DNA from: Eimeria praecox
Taxonomy: Eukaryota
NCBI GenBank assembly: GCA_963920595.1
Contig: OY986946.1
Location: 9,610,001 to 9,674,000 of the forward strand
Reading direction: 5' to 3'
DNA length: 64,000 nucleotides
Numbering within the stretch: the first letter of the stretch is position 1; each line of letters starts with the position of its first letter. The notes below the pieces were generated by a model. It saw nothing but the letters and a program-made list of their open reading frames with translations, ran no database searches and was not told the origin of the DNA. A program made the translations under genes and the position numbers. This document shows, in pieces, positions 26,495-38,700 of this stretch.

Positions 26495-27690
26495 CAGTAA
26501 CTTTGCAGTAGCCAGCAGCATTCCTCTTGTTTAAACCGCTGAATATGCGTCGCAGAGCGTGAGTGCATTTCCTCACACGCAACGTTCAGCAATCGGCTTG
26601 GTACCAATTTGACAAGGCAGCCTGGACAGTTGCTAGGTCACGTCGGGGCGTGCACACTTATATATGGTGCATGCCTCGCTACAGGCCATGACAAGCATTA
26701 GGAATAGGATAAGACTAACGCAAGGGGTTGATGCCGATCCTACTGCGAATGCTTGCATCAAAGGACCGTGCTTGTGTCATTAAGGGGAACACCATGATGC
26801 TAACAAGTGATTAATGTGCTCTCTCCTGTGTTGGCGGCAGATTGTACGCCTAGAGGCATCGAGGGCTTCGAGTTGTGCAGCTGCTGTTGCGTGGAGCCGA
26901 AAACTCTGATTCTGTTCTGGTGAATTTACCGATCCCCTTGCATTTGCTGCGTGCTCATCTGGCGAAAAAGGGAGTGAGGTTAACGTCTTGCAGATATGTG
27001 AAGTCGCTTGTACAGATGTTTATGGCTACATAGTTAGTGGCACCGAAGCCAAGCACTTTCGTATTCAGCAAATAACCGGCCGCTATTAACAGGCATCTTG
27101 CGGAGGTGTGCACATGCGGCATTCATGGAAGGCAGCAATGTAGTAACTTATCCAGCACCATTCCTCTTGTATAAATCGCTGAATTTACGTCGCAGAACGT
27201 GAGTGCATTTCCTCACACGCAACGTTCAGCAGTCGGCTTGGTACCAATTTGGCAAGACAGCTTGGACAGTTGCTAGGTCACGTCGGGGCGTGCACACTTA
27301 TATATGGTGCATGCCTCGCTACAGGCCATGACAAGCATTAGGAATAGGGTAAGACTAACGCAAGGGGTTTATGCCGATCCTACTGCGAATGCTTGCATCT
27401 AAGCATCGCGCTTGTGTCATTAAAGGGAACGCCATGATGCTAACAAGTGATTAATGTGCTCTTTCCTGTGTTGCTGGCAGCTTGTACGCCTGGCGGCATC
27501 GAGGCATCGAGTTATGCAGCTACTGTTGCGTGGAGCCGAAAGCACTGACTCTGTTCTGGTGAATTTACCGATCCCCATGCACTTGGTGCATGCGCTTAAA
27601 AGGCGGTGAGGTTAACGTCTTGCAGAGATGTGCATCCACATGTGCAGACATTTGTAACTACATAGTTCGTGGTGGTGATGCCAAAAAGGG
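26495..27690. repeat. Internal ~640-bp tandem duplication (also ~39830-41020 and ~53680-54880)
   Basis: TTCCTCTTGT...GTGAGTGCATTTCCTCACACGCAACG at 26521/27161 (640), 39855/40492 (637) and 53707/54329 (622). Confidence 0.95.
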
Positions 27691-30499
27691 CGTGGCTGTT
27701 CGGCCACATTGGCCTGCGCAGCTCAATGGAATTTGACACCGCAGGGCGTAGGTCTGTGAGGTTATTAAGAGGGTCCTGAGGCGTCCCTGTTGACTAGGAG
27801 CAGCGCATCGCAGCGCTGCTCTGTTTGCATCCGTGGTGTGGGGGTAGACCGGCCAGGGCTGCAGAATCGATTGCGCCATAAATTAGTGCAGCTGCAAGTG
27901 CGACTGCAACGAACGCAGGTGGACAAAAAAGGAACAATGCTAACCGCTGATTTGGCAATGAGGAAGAAGTACCGCCTCGGGCGACTACCCTGAGTTGCTC
28001 TGCTCAGCTGGTGAGCCATGCAGTTAGCACAAAATATGGTTAATCTCGAAGGAATTGGCATGCAAGAGTTTTGCCTGGTGATGCTGGAACTGCACGCAGT
28101 CCCCGCAGATATTTGCGGGGCCGCGAAAGAGTCACCTGCAACCGCTTGAAGGAACGAAGCTGAAACTGTGAATGCCATTCAGTGGAATTGTGTAACTCCT
28201 AAGCCTGCGTATTTGGCTGCACAGTTGGTGACTGCCGACCATTTGAAAGAATGACGCTTCTGCACACGCATTGCTCAACCCACTCAATACATGCAAAGAA
28301 CTGTTGCGCTATGCGGGGCATTTCCTTTATGTTCTGAGATGCTTAAGTAGTTTCCTTTGTAAACCTCCCACGAGATACGTTAGCATTAGGGTGGCGCATT
28401 CTTACCTGACCCGATAGAGTGAATCATGTTTTCTTCTTCCAGTCTAGCTTTTACAGATCCGTGAATAGCTGCCAACTTGGCTTCTTATCCCTCGTTGGAA
28501 ATGCCATTGACTAGTTCTGCGCGCCCGTGTAACCGCAGGTGTCCGTTGATGCATAAACAAGCACTTGCCGGAGACCATATATTTATTTAAAGATGCGTGA
28601 CAGTAAAAGAAGTCTCCTGTGATTTAGGCGAGCATTCGTTGTTCCGGGGTATTTTGGCTTTAGCAGTGGCCGAGCCTAGTGGTGAAGTAACGGAAAGTCA
28701 TGCGGTAGTATTTGTAACCTCCAGGACAGTGCCTATCGCCAATGTAAAGGCGGCGGCTGGCCTCCCGTCATAGGTATGACGCGGGTGGTGCTGATACGTT
28801 GTAGTTTGTGCGTTTACCATACGGGTGTTGATTGCTTCATCACTAGAGCGCCGATTTAGCAGCAGCTCTCAGGATTTAGACAAGGAACAAAAAGGGAGCT
28901 GCGTTACTTTGTTAACAGGCCGTTGTATCCAGCAAGCATGGCACAAAATGAATGGCGCAGCAGCCGCTAGGGCAACAATTAAAGTAATACCTTGAAAGTA
29001 ATGAGTGCACTTGGCAGCCTTCATAAGCAGCAGCCTTCATAAGCATGCATACACAATATAAATATTTGGTGCGCAGGCTTTTTATATGGCGCCGAGGCTG
29101 AACTTGAGCGGCTACGGCGAAGCAAAAGTATTTGTACCGCAGAGTGTTTGGGCATCTTGACGTTTATTTGAGCGTATGCTGAGCCTATGCCTCTAGTTAC
29201 TAATGCCACTGTGACAGGGTTATACGTCAGCGTGCACTCTCATGGAATAGCCAGACAATGAACCCATTAGTTTTGCTTAAGTACCATGCGCAGGAGCTAA
29301 CTCATGCCGCACGCATGCCATGGCAAACGTGTCAGCGCGGACCATGACGGCATTGGACAAAGCGTTAAGAGTATCCGCGGTTATTCGTTCTTGCAGCTGT
29401 GCAACCGGGAAGGCAAAGTATAACTTTGCGGTGACAGAACCAGCGTGTGTATGGGAAAGGACGTGGGAACGCTTGGGTTGAGGAACGCAACACCAAAGGG
29501 GCGTCCGCAAAAGCCGGCATGGGCGTTGGGAGCCGCCGGGCATTGCGCATTTTCCGTCTGAGGTACGGCTTTATCCACACCAGGAAAAGCAAGTAAGCAG
29601 GCATTGCTAGTGATGGATTCGGAAATTATTTACTGGGCATCGGGCTGCGAATACAACCAAGCCTTTGAAACAACTCGCCTATTTCGTACGCCCTATGAAT
29701 CCATATGAGCAGCTACGCTTGCAGGAGCCTGGAACAGTGAAGGGCCTGCATGCATAGGACACGAGCTTAGCCACATCAACCTTTCACCTTGAAGTGTTAT
29801 GTGGAAGTGCAACTAGGCCTATATCAGCAGTATGCTTCTAGCTATTCCTGTAGTAATTGTAGGAAGGCGTGAGTGAGTTGCTGGAGCCTTAATCCCGATA
29901 CGCAATGCGATGAAATACGGGCGCAGCACCTATTGCAATGTTTACGCCACCTGGTCCAGGGCTCTGCGTGTACGCGCCGGCCTTCATATCGTGAGTAATA
30001 ATTTACCATTGTGTCCGCCCCTCAGTGCTGGCAGATAGGTATTGGTTTGCTGTCGCCCCCCTATACACAGCGACGGGAAACCAATACTTATCGAGCGGTG
30101 CTCCGTGCGGTCTCTAGCAATCCATATGGGCGCACAGGATTTGTGGGCACTCTCCGTGCGAGGCGCTGCTGTGAATCTGCGTTGGCAAAACGGAACGGGT
30201 ATTTAATTAGCTGGCATTGATACCCCGCTGCGGTGCACCGAGCCCTTCTTGTATTCCAAGGACGCGCTGGTGCCTCCACTGATTTGAACTTGACAGTCTT
30301 CGCGATGCTGCGAGGGAAGAAGAGAGCCGTCTGAGCAGCAATTGTGAGATATGCTTGCGCACGCACTTACGCAGGGATGGCGTTGAACGCCAAATTTATC
30401 ATGCGCCCGGTGAAGGCAGATATAAGGCCTGCCACATCATAGTTTGCTTTACTGAATAAATAAGGCTGTGGCTGTACAGTAGTCGGGAATGATAAAGAT

Positions 30500-33400
30500 G
30501 TAGTTTCCTCGATGCGGGAGATGGCGGTATGGGGAATCTGGGTAGCTGTGCGGCCCCGAGCACTGTTCTGCGTGTACATCCCTGAGTGCGGGTGCACGGT
30601 TATGCTTCGGGAAAAGATTTGCGCAGTTTGATGTCGGTCAAAATTATTTTCTTACACGTATTCACAGGTGCTGATCGCACCGTACGCATTTGCTGGATCT
30701 GTGCCTTTCTCTGGAACTCTTTACCGTTTGCACCTTCTACGAGCGATAGCCCCAGGCACATTGTAAAGGGCCGTGAATTTTTCGCAAACGTCTGGCTGAG
30801 CCGCACGTGTCTTGCTCATAACGGATATGTACTCCATATGCACCTGTCTGTGGATGCGACGGGGCACCGCTTCCTTCGTTTCGGAGTTTCACGCTGTTCG
30901 GCTCAGCCAGTAAGCATAGCGTTTATCCAACAATTTGGGAGGCGCGTCCTCCTGACGTCAAAGCTTTGACGCCAGGAGGACGCATTGTGAACAGCCCGCT
31001 TGAAACAGGGTGATTGTGGGGTGCGCCTGAACACTTCGACCGGCTTGTATATACACAGTTAGTTGCCTGGCTAGTTTGCAAGATGCGTACGTGCTTGTAG
31101 AATGTAGACGGGAACGGGTAGCTGGAGAGGAGGCATGGGATCATTTCGCTGTGGCGGTGCTCTACTGTGATATTGTTGAGTGCAATGGATTGGGGTGCTT
31201 TGATGTGCATTTTTGAACGGGCTCTGTCGCCAAGCGTTGTTTTGCTCAGTAGATAAGGCAGTGTCTGTGCAGTGTTGCACTAGCCAGGAGTGACAGGTGA
31301 GAGGTTTGTGGCTTTTGCTATGGGTGGCATGGCGGTGCGCAATGCGTGCGTAACGGTGCGGGCTGGAGTACTGCTGTGCATGGGAAAGCCTGTAAGTACT
31401 TGCAAGGCGATGACTGGGTTAGGCGTTTTGTTTGTTGAACTCGGTCAAAATGATTTGTACACGAGGGCATGAGTATTTGGTAGATCTGTGCCTCTGGCTG
31501 GAATTGTTTCGTAACACGTGCAACGCCTGCATATACTAGACCGGGGCGCATGAGAAAGGGCCGCGAGCTAGTCGCGCTTTCTTGAACCCTCCAAGATGAA
31601 CATATCAGACTACAGCATGCGGACCAATCCAAGTGCTTATCTGTTTAATATAATTTCTTGCTGCAACTGACAAGCGTGAAATTGCTGGTTTGCCGTAGCA
31701 AAGTGGTGGTTACAGCGCGGGCTGTATACGTTTAACGGCATATATTTTGTGTGCGCCTATCTGCAGATGCAGCGTAACATCCCCTCCTCTTTTTCGCAAT
31801 CTCACGATTCTCGACTCAGACGGTATGCCCCTTCTCTGTGCCAACGCTTCGCAGGGAGTTCCGCGGATAGCGGGAAGCATTAATCACAGGGAGTGGAAAG
31901 CATGCTCACAGGCGGAGGCCATCCTCACCTGAACTGTGCGCGAGTCCAAGTTGATAGGTAGTTACCGCGGCTCCTTGTTGCTGTGATTGGCGAACGCGGT
32001 TTGATTGGATTGCCGTAACTAAGATGTAGTTGAGGATAATGCTGCTTACTTTTAATGGACTTGCATTTTGTGTGCGCCCATCTGCAGATGCGGCGCTGCA
32101 TCCCGTCCTTCGTTTTGCATTTTCACTCTGCGCCTCTCAGACAGTATGCATTGAGCTTACCTAACTGTTGGGGATGCGTTCCGAGAACACCTAACTGCAA
32201 ATCCTATCCACAGCCTCATGCTTCTCGCCTTATAGGCAGTTGGACTCTCCTTCGTGCTAACGCTTCGCAGGGAGTTTCGCAGGTAGCGGAAAGCATCAAT
32301 GAGAGCGAGGAGAAAGCATGCTCACCCGTGGAGGCTATCCTCAGCTGAACTGCGGGCGAATCGAAATTGATACGTAGTTAGGGTAGCTGCTTGGTGCTGT
32401 GATTGGCGAACGTGGCTTGATTGCATTGCCGTAACTACGAGAGACTTGAGGACAATGCTGCTTACTTTTAATGGATTTGTATTTTGTGTGGGCCTATCGG
32501 GTCCGTGCCCGTTTGTATTTGTTGGATCTGTGTATGTTGTTGGCCTGTTTCGTGACACCTTAACCGCCAACGCGTGCTAGGGTGACAAACAGGATAAAAA
32601 TATCGATCGCTCTTCGTTTGTAATCCGATCCTTTCTGGGCCAACCACTGCGTATAACTCGTGCCAGTGCACATCCATGCGTAGTGAATGCAGAAGCTTGT
32701 TGCCTTCATTGACGAGCGCGAGCCAATCGCACTTTCGTAGCAAACATGTAGATGAGCCGCACATTGCTTGTTTTTTAACGGCCATGTACTGCATGTGCGC
32801 CTATCTCTAGGTGGAACGCGGGAGCGCGTCCTTCTGTTTACATTCTCACGCTGTTCGGCTCAGCCAGTAAGTATCGCGTTTACCAAACACTTTGGAAGGT
32901 GGTTTGAGGGAAGCAGGAAGCATTGTGAGCAGCCCGTTTGAACCGTGTTGGTGGTGGGACGCGCCTGAACACTGCGACCGTTCGGTATGCACACAGTTAG
33001 TTGTCTGGCTAGTTTGCAGATACGCAGCAAGATGCGCTGGTGCTTGTAGACTGCAGACGAAAGGGCGGAGAAGGCAAGGGGATATGGGATCATTTCGCTG
33101 TGGTGGTACGCGTCTGTGATATTGCTGAGGGCGATGGATTGGGGCGGCTTGATGTGCATTTGTTGAGTGGGTTCTGTCATCACGCGTTGTTTTGCTGAGT
33201 ATATAAGGCAGTGTCTGTGCAGCGTTGTACTATCGAGGAGGGCCATTGAGGTTTTCGCTGTGAGGGGAATTGTGGAATGTCCCCTCTGTGTGGCTGTGCG
33301 TCCCAAAGCACTGGTGTGCGTGGGCATGTCTGAGCGCACTCAGAATGGGGCATTTGGTGGTGGGATTTTTGTTGGTTAGAGTCGGCCCAAAGGATGTGGT

Positions 33401-33715
33401 CACCTGCAGTCGCAGGGTCCGGCCGTGGCTTTTGTATATGTTGAATCTGTGTATGCCGTTGGGCTGTTTTGTGACACCTTAACCTCCTGCAGGTGTTAGC
33501 CCGGCAAATATGATGAAGAGTCGCGCGCTCTTGGTTTGTCATCCGATCCTCATAGGAAAATCCACTGCCTATAGAGCGTGCCAGTGCACATCCATGCCTA
33601 GTGAATGGAGCAGCTCGTTGCCGTCATTGACTAGCGCGAAAAAGGTGCATTTTCGTAGCAAGCATGTAGACGAACAGCACATTGCTCACATTGCGCCTGT
33701 TTCGCGAGGTGAAGA
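30500..33715. repeat. Decayed ~0.91-kb monomer array, block 2, with a partial ~0.3-0.4-kb sub-duplication (repeated at ~43830-47055)
   Basis: Anchors at 30904, 31817, 32138 and 32861. ~30820-31300 resembles ~32780-33240; ~32500-32770 resembles ~33415-33690; ~31830-32085 resembles ~32250-32495. Confidence 0.85.
30944..30983. repeat. 40-bp near-perfect palindrome (second copy at 44275-44314)
   Basis: GCGTCCTCCTGACGTCAAAG|CTTTGACGCCAGGAGGACGC: 20-bp arms, no spacer, one mismatch. Confidence 0.95.
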
Positions 33716-33829
33716 GAGCTGCGCATGGATCTGAAGAGAGCCTTGTAGTATCCGCAGATGATGTTTATCGCCAGGCAGCTTCCTGCTCCTCGTTGGGGGG
33801 GGCAGACAGGCCTGAACGCGCAGATGTAC

Positions 33830-35790
33830 GATGTGGAAGAGACGTTGGAGTGGATGTGTGGCATATGCTACGGCTCTAAGGACGGTCAAAACAAGCGCGT
33901 TTGATTCAGGGATATCAGAACTCGGTGGCTGCAGCTTTTGCGCGCGTGGTCGGCGCCAAATGCCCAACCCTGATCTGTGGGGACGTTACGGTAGGCTGTG
34001 CGTTGACATTCCATTAAGTGGCCCCAGACCCAGATGCCAGACTTCTGTTTTACTTCCTTAGCAGCATTTTGACTCGAACGGGGCTGAAGGGTCAACGCCA
34101 GCCCATGTCGCAATGGTGTGTGTAGGCTTGAGGATGTGCAGGACTGCTGAGCAGTTTTGAAGGACGCTACGGAGAGAGGCGGCTTTGGAGTGGCTACGCA
34201 TTGCTGCATCCAGCCAGTAAGGGGACAGTGTGGGCGAAGGCTTGGAACGCTGTGTATGAGGCATTAGGCAGTGCTTCTAAGGTAGCCAGAAGTACTCCGA
34301 TGGGCCGGTTTGTCAAGTGCAGTGCATGCAGCCGGAAACCATTTTGTGGCTTTAGCATGCAAACACCCTTGTTGCTTGAGCACACGATTCCGCCCCTGCA
34401 CTTTGTAGGAAGTTCCAGAGTAGGCTGCATGAATGTGGCCGTGCTTGCCGGCTTTGCATCAACAGACCGACCTAGCTCACTCGGCGCTTTGTGTTTTGGG
34501 GGGACAGCATGCGCAACTTGGATGACGTTATACTGGCTAGTGCAGAACCAGCGTGGTGGTGGTAGTTAGCTCTCTATTAGGGGTTTTAAGGGGGAAAAGC
34601 ATGCGATGCGAGATACGAGCCCTCGCAAGATTGCTTACAGGATTTCGAAACGGGTAGCCCTAAGCACTTGCTGCTGTTCAGTGAGACGCCGGCGTCACAG
34701 TTTGTCTGTGGCATACATTGCTGTGGGCCCAAGCACACAGGAGTTTTGAATGTGAATTTGCGCTGCCTATGTGTCGGCTGCGCATGCATGTGAAGACAGC
34801 CTTGTAGTATCCACACATGATATGTATCCCCAGGCAGCTCCCAGATGAGGAAGAGACGTTGGAGTGGATGTGTGGCATATGCTACGGCTCTAAGGACGGT
34901 CAAAACAAGCGCGTTTGATTCAGGGATATCAGAACTCGGTGGCTGCAGCTTTTGCGCGCGTGGTCGGCGCCAAATGCCCAACCCTGATCTGTGGGGACGT
35001 TACGGTAGGCTGTGCGTTGACATTCCATTAAGTGGCCCCAGACCCAGATGCCAGACTTCTGTTTTACTTCCTTAGCAGCATTTTGACTCGAACGGGGCTG
35101 AAGGGTCAACGCCAGCCCATGTCGCAATGGTGTGTGTAGGCTTGAGGATGTGCAGGACTGCTGAGCAGTTTTGAAGGACGCTACGGAGAGAGGCGGCTTT
35201 GGAGTGGCTACGCATTGCTGCATCCAGCCAGTAAGGGGACAGTGTGGGCGAAGGCTTGGAACGCTGTGCATGAGGCATTAGGCAGTGCTTCTAAGGTAGC
35301 CAGAAGTACTCCGATGGGCCGGTTTGTCAAGTGCAGTGCATGCAGCCGGAAACCATTTTGTGGCTTTAGCATGCAAACACCCTTGTTGCTTGAGCACACG
35401 ATTCCGCCCCTGCACTTTGTAGGAAGTTCCAGAGTAGGCTGCATGAATGTGGCCGTGCTTGCCGGCTTTGCATCAACAGACCGACCTAGCTCACTCGGCG
35501 CTTTGTGTTTTGGGGGGACAGCATGCGCAACTTGGATGACGTTATACTGGCTAGTGCAGAACCAGCGTGGTGGTGGTAGTTAGCTCTCTATTAGGGGTTT
35601 TAAGGGGGAAAAGCATGCGATGCGAGATACGAGCCCTCGCAAGATTGCTTATAGGATTTCGAAACGGGTAGCCCTAAGCATTTGCTGCTGTTCAGTGAGA
35701 CGCCGGCGTCACAGTTTGTCTGTGGCATACGTTACTGTGGGCCCAAGCACACAGAAGTTTGGAATGTGAATTTACGCTGCCTATGTGTGG
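33830..35790. repeat. 1014-bp tandem duplication at the copy 1/copy 2 junction
   Basis: ORFs 33831/34845 and 34194/35208 are offset by 1014. Confidence 0.95.
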
Positions 35791-38700
35791 GCCAAAACGA
35801 TGCAAGCGCGTGAAAACGTCTTCACGTTTTGCCGGATCCTGAGAAAGCCAAGTGAGTGCTCTGCATGTGCTGTGATAGGTGGTGCGTTGAAGCATTTCTT
35901 GTGTCTTGCTGGGTATGACATTCTTAGGAACTGCTTCTTGCTCAGGTCGAACCCAAAATGAGCGGTGGCTGGCTAGGAACGTTGTGTCCAACGCGCTGGC
36001 TGCACAGCTTTGGAGTCGCTTTTGGATACATGAGAAGCAATGATATTGGGTCTATGGAGGACTTTTGCGAGTGGCCAGAGTAGCGGTGATTAAGGGCACA
36101 TTCATTGTAGCTGTTGTTTAGCACGGGCTATTGTTGCGTTTAGCCTGTACGTAGACGGCATCAGCGGTGGAATGCGCACTTTCGCAGTAGCCACCACTAA
36201 AAAATCATGGGTGCCGCCGTTGAGACGATCAACCTTAAATGTGCTCAAAATGTTGCGCCGGTGCTTCTGCGTGCTTTTGAAAGCGTTTGTTACCACGCAC
36301 ACGCTGCCAGGAGAGTTTCTCTCCCTTTCGTCTGCGGAGAACCACTGTGGAGCTGTGCCGATCGTCGCAATACTTAATTAGTATGCTCGTGGTATGTTGG
36401 CTTCTTCGTTCGGGATTCACTGGAGGCGACGGTTGAGGCACGAGGTGCACTTGCGGCGTGCTACCTCGCCGATTTTGCAGAGGCGCTAAAAAAAGAATTT
36501 TCACGCGGAAAGACGCCAGGGTTCGTCAGCGGCGTCTCCTAAGGTGTGGTATTACCGTCAGTAGCGGGACTGGTCAGTCTGGAGCTGCGTTCACGTTGGA
36601 ATAGGCGGGGTTTAGCAGGCTCGCTGCAGCTTCACATGCGTCGTCAGGCACGCGCAAGCCTCAGAGGCAGGATTCACATGTGATGGAAAAGGCCGTGCGT
36701 GGGAATGTTATTCTGCTACCCCGGCGTCTCCGCAAGCAATCGATGACTCTTACGTCTGATGGGTGTGCCAAGCCCTGAGCTTGTTGCAATGCTTGCAGCT
36801 CAATATTGCGTGTGCCTTGTGTGGACACCGCTTCCTGTGAATGCTTCAACGTCAGCCCGAGCTGCGCTGGCTGACAAACGTTATAAACTATGAGGCGTCT
36901 GGGCTGCAGGACGCCACAAGGGTGCGCATGCGGAACTCTTGTGTAGCGTGGGTTGCGCAGAAACACGCAGAACATGAGGTATTGCCGGTGGATCTTGCAG
37001 GGCGGGAAGCTAGCCTGCCAGGGACTCTAACGAGGGGCGGTCTTTTTGTGCCAGTGTGTTGCTGCTTCAGCCAGTAAGCAGCCTGTGTGGGCGGGTGCTT
37101 GTAATGTTGCTCACCAGTCCTCTGGGGGGGAGTTTTATGCAGCGCTGGCGGAATGTGTGGCTGTATTGGGAGGCACGTATACCAGGGCATGCATCTGAAG
37201 ATAGCCTTGTAGTATCCGCACATGATGTGTATCGCCAGGCAGTTTCCATCTCCTCCCTGTGGGGTGGCGAGGCAGGCCAACATATGCAGATGTACGATGA
37301 GGCGGAGACGTTGGAGTGGATCTGTGGCATATGTGGCGCTTGAATTCGTTTGCGTGTAGCTAAGCTATGAGGGAGGCATGAACAGCGCATGCTGCTGCTT
37401 GTGGTTCGTCGATTTTGGTTGAGGTGTTTTGCGTTGAACGTTGGTGGAATTTAGTGCATTATACTGACACTCTATTCGAGTACATACTCGTAACATCGGA
37501 AAGTGTTCGTAATACTTAAACACTATAGGTAGAGTCAAAAGGGAAACATATAAGTCTGCATATGCGTGATGCTTTCTGCAAGTCTGGAACATCTTTGGCT
37601 CTTGCTTGTCCTCCAAGAAGAACGGTTGTGAATGGACGTTCCTTGCAACCAGCTTCATTGCCCTCATTTTGGCTAGGTAAAGGCACGGTTCGCATGATCT
37701 GGTTGAGCTCAGCCGTGCCTGTTGAGAACATACGCATTATTTGGGGGAGAGTGAGCGGCCCCTCTTGTGCGAACATCATGGAGCTGTGCAGTTTGCAGGA
37801 GCAGGTATAGTGCGATTGTGGTGTGCAGAAGCCTTCCCTGCCATTGCGGTTGCGTGCTGCTTTACCAAGCGAGTGCGCGCATAGGGTGGAAACAGGCCTA
37901 GGGTTGCGCTGACTTCGGAGCAGACCCTCTGAGCTGGTGGACAGAAACTCTTAAGCATTTGTGCGATCTACTGTCAGAAAGGAGGCCTTATTTTGCTCAT
38001 GTAGTGTAGGCCGTCGCGAGTGCTTGCTGATGCAAAGTAGGTGCTAGCTTCTCTGATGAACTGTGCGATTGCTAGGGTGAGCAAACACACTCACACGACA
38101 CGTGTTCAACAGTTTCACCGCTGTTCAAAACGAGTCAGAGCTGCTGACTAAGACGGTTATTTTGCGCTTCGAGAATACGGATAGTAGCGAGTGCTGGTGG
38201 TGTGAGGATGCCGCGGTGGGGGTAAAAGTGTTCGCTGGACTAGTCAGTCCTCAGTCAAGGAGATGAATGCGACGCCTGCAGTGGCCAGGGGCATGTACGT
38301 GGAAATTCTGCTCACTGGCGCACCGCTGTAGAGACGGAAAATGCAGTGTTCAGCATAGCTGCCAACAGAGTGCATTCAATTCAAGTCCCTAGGGTTGACC
38401 TAGCTACAAAATAGAAACGAAGAGCTTCGTAAGGACGTAATGCAGCTTATTCGCATCACACACTGGCCGTCGCTTCCTAATGGAATACTATGCAGCCTAG
38501 GGAAGCCATTAACGTGCGCCTTATTATGCATAACAAGAAATGCATGTTGTATGGATCACGTGCCGTTGGGTTTCGCATTACGCGTCGGCCTTCGCACTCA
38601 AAGTTTATCAAATGCGTGTCCTGCTTGGATACACGGCTGTACTTTAAGCTGATTACGGTCTTACTTTGTCACCGAATGCCGAAGACATCAACACATGCCG

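Larger units (their letters stand above)
21795..35126. repeat. Large tandem segmental repeat, copy 1 (~12.3-kb core plus 1014-bp extra)
   Basis: ORFs recur at +13331 to +13341, e.g. 22608/35942, 30011/43342 and 32860/46201. Confidence 0.97.

Noticed and set aside
18476..32866. CRISPR-like array from the recurring anchor motif
   Set aside because: Spacing is ~0.9 kb, the intervening sequences are homologous to each other, and no cas genes are present.
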